This document shows positions 25,404 through 37,000 of a stretch of 64,000 nt of DNA, piece by piece. Where the stretch lies: the NCBI GenBank assembly GCA_977016875.1, contig CDRNST010000004.1, positions 1,116,001 through 1,180,000 on the forward strand, written 5' to 3'. The DNA comes from Pavona decussata (lineage: Eukaryota). The notes under the pieces were generated by a model, which saw nothing but the letters and a program-made list of their open reading frames with translations, was not told the origin of the DNA and ran no database searches. The translations under genes and the position numbers were made by a program. Numbering within the stretch: the first letter of the stretch is position 1; each line of letters opens with the position of its first letter.

Positions 25404-27748
25404 GGCATTAGGTAACATAGGGTGAAGCGGTCTCGACTGATCGGAATTTTCCGATCGTCCTTGTGACGTCATCGTCCGACTGCTTTCACGAAATAAACAA
25501 ATATGGCGCTGAAGAGCTTTATTATCCTTTGCATTGTGTGATAAATTTGCCGGCGGCCAGCTCTGTTGGGACAACTATTCCTCAGTTTACACACTGAAGG
25601 ACTGACAAAGCAGATTTTTTCGAGGAGTGGATGAATGTTTACATGCCTTTACCATTTTATCTTTGCCCACCGCTTCACTCGATGTTACTTCTTTGTACTG
25701 TTGCAGAGGACACTACATAACATAGGGTGAGGAGGATCCGAGCCCAACTGGATCCAGTCTTCGTTTGGAAAAGTATTCCTCATTAATTATTTGACTCAAA
25801 AGCAGTTCTTTCGATGAATACATGAACATATGCTGTTATATGAATTTTCAACACCTGATGAAACTGTTTACATCTTTCACGAAAGTACTGTTTAATACTT
25901 CTTTGTACTGTTTTTGCACTACATAATAGGGTGAGGGTGACGTGTAGTGGCATTTGCAGAAATGAATCATAAACAACAAGTGATTTTTCGTTGCAGGTCA
26001 AATAAAGCGCGATAATGTCAAACACAACGCGTGCGCTTTTTTTGTGTTCTTTGACCGATATTTGGGAAGAGTAGCAATAACTCCCTTCTTCCGCTGAACT
26101 GCCTATATTAGCGGGAACCCGGGAAAATCTGGCGGGAGATTTGAGTTGTAATTTACCTTTGCGTAGCTCGCGTCTTGATAATGGAAGAAAATTATGATGA
26201 CTTTGCTCCTTGCGAACAAATTCCCAAAAGAACCTGCTACGTTTCTTCTATGGATCAGGTCGCAAAGCTAATAATTTTCAAGTTTTGAAACGAAAAATAC
26301 TGTAAAGTTTTCCTGTTACAAGGGTACTGGTAACTTTGGAAATCATGGTGAGTTAATATTTATTAATTTTTGGTTAACGTTTGCCCCCATAATACAGTTC
26401 TGCTGAGTCCTGTCAATTGCTGCAAATGTGGGGATCTAACCTTTGGAATAATAATAATTAAAAAAGAAAATCAATGGATTTAGAATCCACAGGATGACAC
26501 TGAGACACTTCTTACAACAATAACAACACAATCCTTCCTTTAACTTAACATATTGTGATCCTTTTTTTGAATTATGGAGTTCCTCACATACACAAAACTT
26601 CAATTAGAAGAAAACGTGTTAGTGAAAATTAGGAACTTCACTCTGGACAGTGCTCTTTTGTTATTTAGAATGTTTGGTGACTTTACAAATTCAACCCCAG
26701 GAGAATGCCCCTTACAAGAAATCTACCCCAGCCCCCTCGCCCCCTTCCCATTGCCATGCCCTGGAGAGGCTGATGAAAGGATCAAATGGTTGAAAAAAAA
26801 AGGGGAAAACTTCTGATTAGGTTTACTCAAATTGTTAATGTGGTTGGATTATTTCAAAAGTCTGGATACAACAATTGCATAGTTGTAAATGCAAATGTCA
26901 CCATAGATGCTATTTGTTGCTGGGTACACACCAGAGACATAATTCCTATAAAATTGCAGTTTGTAGTCTTTCATGATCACATGCATGCCCTTTCTGGTCT
27001 TGGTATCATGTCCGAAATTCAAACAATTTTTTTTAAAATAAAAACAGGCACCAATATAGAGACATCAATGCTTGCAATGTGGTCGATTGATTTTCAAACT
27101 ATAACACTGTGCCTAGATTACAGGAAAGGAAATCACAGACTTTATTTTAATTATTTCCCATGATTAAAGATAGCAAAATATTGTCCAATATAGTTACTTT
27201 TAACATTACAAAAGGGAGGAGGACTAAAGCATTTACCTTTCGGGCTTTTACAAAGAAGCTAGTCCTCCCATTAAAAAAATATAAATAAATATATTTTTAT
27301 ACACTTCAACATAGGTTGTTGAAAATTCATGTATTCATCGAAAGAACTGCTCTTGAGTCAAATAATTAATGAGGAATACTTTTCCAAACGAAGACTGGAT
27401 CCAGTTGGGCTCGGATCCTCCTCACCCTATGTTATGTAGTGTCCTCTGCAACAGTACAAAGAAGTAACATCGAGTGAAGCGGTGGGCAAAGATAAAATGG
27501 TAAAGGCATGTAAACATTCATCCACTCCTCGAAAAAATCTGCTTTGTCAGTCCTTCAGTGTGTAAACTGAGGAATAGTTGTCCCAACAGAGCTGGCCGCC
27601 GGCAAATTTATCACACAATGCAAAGGATAATAAAGCACTTCAGCGCCATATTTGTTTATTTCGTGAAAGCAGTCGGACGATGACGTCACAAGGACGATCG
27701 GAAAATTCCGATCAGTCGGGACCGCTTCACCCTATGTTATCTAATGCC
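25404..27748. mobile_element. 2.35-kb non-autonomous DNA transposon with about 430-450-bp terminal inverted repeats (MULE/foldback-like)
   Basis: 25404-~25856 is a near-perfect reverse complement of ~27313-27748 (GGCATTAGGTAACATAGGGTGAAGCGG... / ...CCGCTTCACCCTATGTTATCTAATGCC). No intact ORF inside; TSD not clearly recognisable. Confidence 0.85.
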
Positions 27749-29379
27749 CACCGCACCGCCTGATCCGCCACTGTTCTGCATGGAGAAGCGACACACTTTG
27801 GGTTTACTGTTTGCCCAGATTGCAGTTTTATCAAAGCGAGAAACAAGTGGACGACTCAAATCAGCCGTAGACTTTCTCAATGTCACCGAAAATTACAGGT
27901 TTGATTCAGCGAATTTCTTACTGACTGATTTATCGTATTCCTTTCCGACCGATAAATTCACTTCAAAATTGACTCTCAATTCCTCTAAATCGCTTGCGTA
28001 GGGAAAGTTGTCGCGTTCGCTTCTTGGGCGTAAACAAAGGGTTTCAAAAAATTTTCATTTACGGGCGGACCATTAGAAATCACAGGAGAGGGGGTGACAA
28101 TTCTCCAAAAAAAATTCCTGCGAAGGAAAATTGCAAAAAAAAAAAATTCCTGCAAGCATTTCACCCTTGAAAAAATAATTCCTGCAAATAAACTGAACCA
28201 AAGTATGATATCAAAACACAACGTGAAGTTGTTTTACTGTGCATCTCAAGAACATAACCTGCTCTTCTATCATTTAAACAGATTTTGCATGTATTGATGT
28301 TTTTAAAAGTGACAATGCAACAGATTACATTTGATCTCCTGCTCATTTATGGAGAACCATATTTCAAATGTAGAAGAAATATAAAATAATTTTGCTATAA
28401 CAAACCTTCAACAATAGTTCTTTTGAAGCCATAACAATATTAAACAAGTTAGGAACCAAAGTCACTCACAAACCCGATTTATATCTTGTTTGGATGTTGC
28501 AAAAAATTCATTAGATTATCCCAACAACCATTTCAAATATTAAAATTCAAGTAATATGTTAAATATATATTAAATAATAATTAATCAAATAAACTAATCT
28601 TACTATATGTATTCAGCTGCACTTTAAACTTTCAACAACTTGGGTGATGTAAAAAATATTGAAGGACTGGAAAATACTTGCTGTCGGTTCAAATTCTAAA
28701 AATTTGACTTTTCAATAGCCAGATTTGTTCAGATTTGGCTGTGTTTTATAAAAAAAAACCTCTTCCTTTAATGGCACAATGCATCCCTTAGTAGTCGGCT
28801 TGACCACGCGAAATACTGGAGACGCGAACGACTTCGTACATGCTTTTAAGCCTTTAAAAAGGCTTGCCAAAGAGAAACCTCTGCTAGCAAGGTAGACACG
28901 AAATGACAACACGGATCAAAAGAATCGGTCCGCTATCTAGTAAATATAAACTTATAGCGAGGATTGAAAGACTCAATCCAACACGACTGTTTTGATCAGG
29001 TGTAACAACAGTTACGATCAGAAAAAGAAGAGGATTGAAAGACTCAATACAACATATCGAAAAAAATAGCGAGGACATTTCGGTTTCATTGATCAGCCTT
29101 GCGTTAACATCTGCCGGAAGCGTCTGCCGACTAGCAAATTATTCACACTGTGCGTAGGGGTGTGTCATATGAGCCAATCATGAACTTTAAATTCGTTATA
29201 CCTGTTGTACTCTGGATTTTACTGTCTTGCCGAGTTCACCAGTTTAGCATTTAATATAATATGGTTCTAAGATCCAGCATCATCCAGTCTGACTCTTATT
29301 TTAACTATAAGCATAATATTATTATGCTATAAGACTTAAGAGATATTTTGTAAGGTAGATCATTGGGAACTTGAAATCG

Positions 29380-29620
29380 ATAGGGATGTTTTTAAGTGAA
29401 ACCTTCGATCAGGATGTTTAGTTGTTGAGTCTTCGTAATCAAGTGAAATCGTCGCTGGGAATGTTTTGCACTCTTTATATTCAAGTGAAATCCTTGATCA
29501 GAATGTTTTCAAGTCTTTGTATTCAAGTGATATCCTTGACAAATTTGCTGTAAACGATGTTCATGGGTTGTTCCACGAGCTGGGGAGATTTACCAGGCAA
29601 TGTTTTTGAGTCTCTGTGAC
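29380..29620. repeat. Degenerate tandem repeat of about 41 bp, about 5 copies
   Basis: Recurrent caagtgaaatcc.tgatcag.aatgttttt..gtctttgtatt. Confidence 0.6.
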
Positions 29621-30760
29621 TGATAGAAAGAAAAACCACACTGTAAATGAGACTTATAGCAACAAATGAATATGTAATGTTCTTTTAAAATATGCTTGGG
29701 AGCGAGTCTAATTTCAAAGTTTTTATATAACATAGATAACTATTATCAACTTTACAAATTTCTGTAACACCTTTATTGAGCAAGTAGACACAAAGGGAAA
29801 CCTACGTAATATTATAGTAGATTTCCTTACATTTTTCTTCAATGTTTTCATCAAATATTTCAAATCAGGGCACAAGGTGTAAATATTTTCTCATCTAAGT
29901 ATTCAATTGAGCCATCCCTGTATATCTGCCAAGTATCCAGCGAAACCTGTTTCTATCCAAGAGCTCACCAATAGCTGCCTTTGATTTCGTCTGGATTTTA
30001 AGTTCTTTTCACTAAAATTAATATCGAGAAATGAATGAAAAGGCGTTACTGGCTTGCAAGCCATAAGACAAATGCACAAGGGTGGTACTGTAACCCGCAA
30101 TTCTTCAATGAAGTTTTGATTTTGATCATCATTGTACGTGTTTTTGGTGATAAAACTGTATCTCTAATACTAGAATAGCAAGTTATACAGCTTTTGCATG
30201 GGAATCATTTTGAATTTTTCCCCGCAAACGTTTAACCGGTCAATTTCGCACAACTTCCTCGAACGTCAATTTTCCAACCTTAATAATATGGTTGCAAAAA
30301 TGAAAAAAGTAAGGACTGACAGAGCCTAGTTTTGTGGCTGTATTACAGAAGCCACAAATTTGTTTTGTTGATATGTACACTATTTACTTTGTTGGCCTAA
30401 CATAGTAACTTTATAAGAGTTAACAGTGCCCAACACATCTAGCTCCATTAGATAGTTAATATTGATGCAATAAGATAGCTACCTTTTGTGCAGCTGAGAA
30501 ATAACATTATTTTGTATCAACATTTTGGGCCTGGGGTTTAATGATATTATAAAGGTAATTGTGAGAGGCCAGTGTTTTTTAAAACGCTTCTTTCTACAGT
30601 TTCTAATACGTCCTGTAATGTTGAACAATGGGATATTGATCCATAGGTTGAGGCTTTTAGCCAATATTTTAATGCCGCTTTCTACTACGACCTGTGATGC
30701 AGCAAGCAATACTTTGCATGTAGAAGTTTCTCTGCCAGGTGAAGCTGTTAGCTAGTGTTT

Positions 30761-31071
30761 TTAAACACTACTTTCTAAAACACCTTGTGATGCCAAACAG
30801 TACTTTGTGCAGAGATGTTCCGTTTCAAGATCCTCATGCATCAAAGCCATGCCTAATGCAGCATACGTGGCTTGTGATCCTTGAGACCCGGTCCATCGAG
30901 CCAACGTGGCGAAACACTTGTCATCCAGTTTCGTTTGATCATGATCAATGTGCACCATCTCCGTCTCATCCAACAAAATGCAGCATAATGCCTTCCATTG
31001 TAAACCCAAGTCATGTGCTAGCAACAACAGATCATCACGAGACACCTGGCCAGGCTTATATGACAGAGGGT
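30761..31071 (-). CDS. Roco gene exon 13: C-terminal Death domain
   Basis: [73 protein letters not shown] matches the death-domain pattern (LA..LG..WK.L...L, I..D, L..W, AT...L..AL). Confidence 0.85.
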
Positions 31072-34000
31072 CTGCATGAAAAATATTTTACGGTTATTAG
31101 TAACTCCTACGCGGTCAAAAACGCGTACGTTAAGTCAGACTAGGACATTGTATACATTTACGTGATAATTAACCTCGTAGTCTTTAACGAATTCTTGTTT
31201 GATCGATATGTAAAGAAAGACTCTAAACCAATCGGTAAAGCCTGCGAATAATTCCACTGTCCCAGATCATTTTAACTTTGAATATCAGTAAATGTGACAA
31301 AACGTAGAGGAAATGTACCCGTAAATTTCTCGGAACACTCGAACAGTTTTCGGCCCCTTAAAGCATTTTTGAATTCCTTTTTTCTATCGATTGGTTGTAG
31401 GCTTTCGTACAAACCACCCCAAAGGAATGCTTAAGCTTGTAAAAGGTTTCAACGTTCTACGCTTCAAAATTAAATTGAAGCTCGAATTTCTGGTATTAAA
31501 CGCTGTGTACGTAAATTTGTGGGCCCGTACCTTGAGAAAGGCAAACCAGAGGCAGAAGTTGAATTTTGGCGACTTCATTTTCGAATTGTTGTTTAGGGTA
31601 TTTGTATGTAAAGGTGTCCCATACCAATCACTGTGAGGTAACTTACACGAATTATATACAACCGCTTGTACTCCTGGCCCCAGTTATTCAAAGAGCGGAT
31701 GACGTTATCCAGCGGATAAGTTGCTCTCCAGCAGATAAAATGTTTTTGTTGGAGGTTGGAGTACATTTTGTCCACTGGATAGCGACTTATCCATTGGATA
31801 AAGTTATCTGCTCTTTGAACAACTGGGGCATGGTGAGATGGGTAACCTTTGCCAAGTAACAATGTTGAGGTGGAAATGTTGCAAAGCGTAACGGCAAGGT
31901 CACACTTTTATATATTTTTTATAGATTTTGAACGAACGAAGGAACGAAGTAACCCACGAACCAACGAATGACGTGATTCCACTTGAAGTCCCTTTAAAAA
32001 TAAAAATAAAAAAGGAAAAAAGAAAGAAATATTTACCTGGGTAGTCATTGCGACGGAAATACTACGAGAGAAACAGAAACAAGGTTAATCTAGTGAATTG
32101 TTTATGCCATATGATGAGATAATGGTTCAGTCACTTAACTTCCTTACTAGGGCAATGCTCCGTGGGAATTAAGCGGTTTCCTCCTACTACTTAAATTTAC
32201 GCTGGAGAGTTAATTGTATTACCACAACAGTTCAAGCACCCTTTTCCAACAGACATAAACGATTTCCGAAGTCATTTGTCCTGGACATTCGTGTGTTGTG
32301 TTTTAAGTAAAAAGAGGCAAACAGGTTTGTATCATGCACATAGCGTTCAGTGGTACAGTTCCACGAGACAATTGGTAAATTATTTATGTATATGCTAAAT
32401 AGTGAGGGGCCTATAATACTCCTGTGAAGGACGCCAGAGACAACTGAATCAGACACGTACACATCCTAGTGTCTGTCAGTGAGGTGGCTATTAAAACACT
32501 TCAGCTGCCTCCGATTAACGGAGCGACTTTTCAGCCTCGTTGCCAAAAATGAGGCAGTACATCAGCGATTCTATTGCGAAAGGAACTTGGATGAGTTCCG
32601 AAAGTTCTGTCGAACTTTCTTCCTCATTTCTTGGTGTAGAACATTAACGAAGGAAACTTCACGCGGTCATAAAAAGTGCCAGAAATAACAAGATTTCACA
32701 CAGATAAGAAACAAGCACAACACCCAAGATAAACTTAGATGAGTTTATCTCGAAGGATAAACAAAACACATTGAATGGTCTTCTGATACCTTAAGCCAGG
32801 GTTTCAGCTTGTCTTCGTCTAACCGGGTATTAAGCTTTAAGGTGTGATCACACCTCAGAGGGTCTGCCGAGTCCAGTGAAATGAAGTGAGCACAGTCAGG
32901 ATGAAGGCAACAGGAAGCATGGTGCCACGAGCAGCCATCGGGTCCGTCCGATTCACCCACACACAGATCACAGCGTGCGCTCAGCCGCCATGTCATGGAG
33001 CGCAGCCACGGACATTGCTGACGAAGACAATCTAGAATGTCTTCAACACATCTGAGACGGAGAGAAAAGTAATCATGGACTAAACAAAAAGAATCCATTT
33101 TTATTTCTTATTTTACTCATCACCAGTGCGCTGAACTGAATTTCGCTCTGGTAGTATCTTACATAACTGTACATACAGAGAAATAAAATAAGAAAAATAC
33201 ATTCTCTTGATAGTGTACTGAACACTACTCTCATCCGCACACAGTCAAATTAATCGAGGCTTGCGAAACATGTAGTGTCCCTTTACATTTGAAACTCGTG
33301 GGAGCTAGGTCATTAACCTAGGGTCAAATAACAAACATCCTTGGTATGTGAGAATGATGTATTATTCAGTAAGTGACACAAGCATACTGGGAAAAAAATT
33401 CGAGTGCTCCTATCAGGAGTCCAACTTAAGACCTTCCGATTATTAGTTCGGATGCTCTACCACTGAGCTATAGGAGACTCGTGGGAGCTAAGGCCATTAA
33501 ACTTGGTATATGTCTAGCTCAGTAGTAGGTCATCGTTCGACTCCTGTTGGGAGAACTCGAATTTTCTTTCTCCGAGTATGCCTGTGTCCCTGACTGAAAA
33601 ATAAATCTATCACTTTTGTCTTTGTTTGTAAACCAACCAACCTGTAAACTTGTTGGCACACAGTAGCAGTCTCTCTCGCTTCATCTTTGCCATCATGAAC
33701 CAAATGAACCATGATCACGCTTTTGAAGCATGCAAACATCAAACTGAAGTCGCTCTGCCTCCCGATAAAAAATCGCGCTGCGTTGGCAAAAAGTTTAGGA
33801 GATCTTGCAGAATACTCCCGAGATGCCCATTGACCAAATAACACCACAAATCTGGCGAAAAAACCATAAGGAATATAGCCAGTGTTGAAGGTGAGGTAGA
33901 CTGGTGCAATCGAACCTTGGACACTTAATCCAGATATTTCATCGTCTGGCTTAGCTGTCAGTATAGATGGTACAAGGTAGAGTGGCTCACCATTTGGGGT

Positions 34001-37000
34001 ATCCCACCGACAAACCAGGTTGGATTTCTCCATAATGGAAAGAAGGGCTTCTTTTGAAACTTTAAGGCTGAGAGTTTGACAAACATAGCTGACAAGATCC
34101 TCCGACAAGATGCCCTTTTTGGCAAGGTTTTGGCGATGCTCCCGGATTACCATTGGTTCTTTCTTCCCGGACACAACTGTTATGATTTGACAAAATACAT
34201 AAATTAACCACTGTGGATCCAGTATGACCAGAGTTTTAGATTCATCAGCCTCATTGAAACAAAGTAACGCGCCACAATCACTCAGAAAGTGCAAAAGCTC
34301 ATCACAGTCTTCGTCTACTTCAAAACAACAAATTCTATCAGCAATTGCCTTGAACTCGGCTTTGGTGACATGTTTGACTCCATTACTGGCTAGACGATGA
34401 AGTACCTTCTCAACATAAAGCCACTGCAGAGGGATTTCCCGCTGTATGTGAGGTAGCGTAGAGGCCACAGCAATGACCGTTTGCCTCAATCTTTGGATAT
34501 TTGGATCCTCTTGTTGGAAAGGCTGCCCAGAACGAGTGTTGTCAACAGCAAACTTCTCATCGACGATGTGAGATGCAAATGCCTTTCTATGAAAACTGTC
34601 CAGGATGGCATTCATAGATGTCCAAGGATCTTCAACAACTTTGTCTGCATGCGTTCCAACTAAGATGACTGGTGGATGGGAAATACCGGAAGCATTCATA
34701 CTGCTGGAACCCTGAAAGGAATGAACCAAGTCCATCCACCTCATAAGGTGATCAAGACTGGATTCACCCCTGCACACCATGTTGGCCCCCTTTCCACAAT
34801 CCCCAGGCAGACTAGTGTCGCCCCTCTTGAATAGGTCTTTGCTCAGATCACATACAAGAAGATACACAGCTTCCTGTGACATGAAGATTGGATGCATGGC
34901 ATGAAAAAGAGATTGACCAGAAAAGTCCCAGATCACCGGCCAAACCTCTTCACCAACAGCAGAGTGTTCTTGTTGGAGGATACCCTCCACCAAGCTGATA
35001 ACTGTCTGTGGCAGATCATCTGAAGACTCAGGATCACTATCGAAGACGTCATCTCGGAAGAATGGCGAAGGAGGCTTCACACCATCATCTCTCTCTTTTA
35101 TTCCTGAAAGCAAAGAGGGAGTCGTATGGGAGTCAAAGAGGGAGTCAGAGGGAGTCAAATGACAATGAAATAGAACTTCTCGTAACACTTTTCATACTTT
35201 GATGCTTACACATTTTCTGCCAATTAAATTGCTTTCTAAAATTTAAAATCACTTTGTTAATGGGGGTTAAAATCAATAAGAGTGAATACATTGGGCATCA
35301 TCAAAGTTACGTACCAACTTCAACTTCCAACAAGAAAGCCATTAAAAAATTCAGGTTTGAAGGGGATTCAAACACATGACCCGTGTGATCAAGTCAGCTG
35401 GGAACTAGTCATTTCTGCGAGTGTAAATTGTACCTGTGGATTATGCATTCCCAGTTCACATTATGTGATATTTCATATCTTCACTTTCACCTATGGATGG
35501 TATCCATCCTCCATGGGTATAATACAAACTCCACAAAATGAGTAGCCCCCAACTGGCTTGATAAGCAATGGTATCTCAGAGACCACGGGTTTGAACTTCG
35601 CTAAAGTCCATATTTTTCAGGCTTTCTTTTTGCAATTTATTTTAAATTGATTGCCCAAATCTAATATACATTCACCATTAATCTGTTGTGGAGACAAGTC
35701 CATATGGTTTCCTACTCCATTGGAGAAAACATTTGCTCCAGAGGGAAGCTCCTGAAAAACAAATGAATCTTCAGCGCACGTCTCACTGTTCCACAGAGGA
35801 CTCTTTCTTGCTGCGTACTTCTTTGGCAAATCAGGAGTACTGGATTGTGTGGGAGAACCTGAAGAGTCATCAGATGCTCCTGACAGCTGCCGCGCCACAA
35901 GCTGAGCACTTTTGTGATCAAAAACAGTGGTGGTGTCATCGACTTGATGCGCTTTCCATGCCTTGATTCCAGCCTTTAACAGAGGTGTATCCATCTCCAC
36001 TCCCTGTGTGCTGGTTTCATGTTTGTTAAACATGTCTCCTTTGAGGGATCTTTTGAGGCTTGTTTTGCCCGCACCGTCCTGACCAATCAGCATAACTCGA
36101 ACACGGATGTCACATGTTTTACCATGTTCTAATGCTCTTTTGTATGCTGCTTTGGCTTTGCTGCCTCTTGCTAACACAGCTGGTGGAATAAGACCTGGGT
36201 AAGAGAGACACAAATGTATACAAACTTAAAATTACATTTCATGCATGAATGTTTCAAATTAAATATACCACTACCACAGAAGACACTGCACTTCGTTTTG
36301 GTTGGTCTGTTCACAACATTTTGAAAGGCCCTTTTAAACATCTAAAAGACCGTTTTCCCTACCCTTTTATAGTTCAGCTCGTGAAGTCCCTAACCTTTCA
36401 TATATGCACCTGACCAGCCTGAAAAAGGCACCCCTTTTTGGCACAGCCTCCCTGTTTAGAAAACCCCCTTTCCCCCTACCCTGGTTGTCACCAGTGTATT
36501 CAGTTGAGCTTACCTCTCTGTTCTTTATCAAACTTGACAGGCCGAGTGAGATTTGTCTTCAAAGAACCACGGTTGCTTTTGTAATACTACAAAGCAAACA
36601 GTTCAATCAGAGATTACTGCATGTAGAGTAGACATACTTATTATATTATTGAAAGAGAGGTGCAGGAGCATTTCCACTATTGATTTAGGTGCTTGCAAGT
36701 CTTAATATTATTGCTACATGTAACAGTTGCCAGCTTTCTTAATAATTGAAAGAGCAAGTCAGGGATGCAGGCTGGGATAAGTTCAAGTAAGCAGACCACC
36801 CCGAGCTTGTGTGATCAGCTCCCCCTTGACTATCAAGGAAGGGGCTGCTAGCATTCTGTTACATGCCAATTCGTATTTGTACCTTTTAGCATTGAACCAA
36901 TAAACAAAAATGAACTATTAGCATGGTGAAATCTTAGTGTAAATTTAAGTAAACACTAGCTGAACTCTTTTATAAAATGGACGATAAAGGTTTTTAGAAA

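Noticed and set aside
25260-27763. Two near-identical ORFs starting MSQQSWPPAN on opposite strands
   Set aside because: A by-product of the element's TIRs, with non-ATG starts and no recognisable domain.
29380-29620. CRISPR-like spaced repeats
   Set aside because: Eukaryotic context, degenerate contiguous units without unique spacers, and no cas genes.
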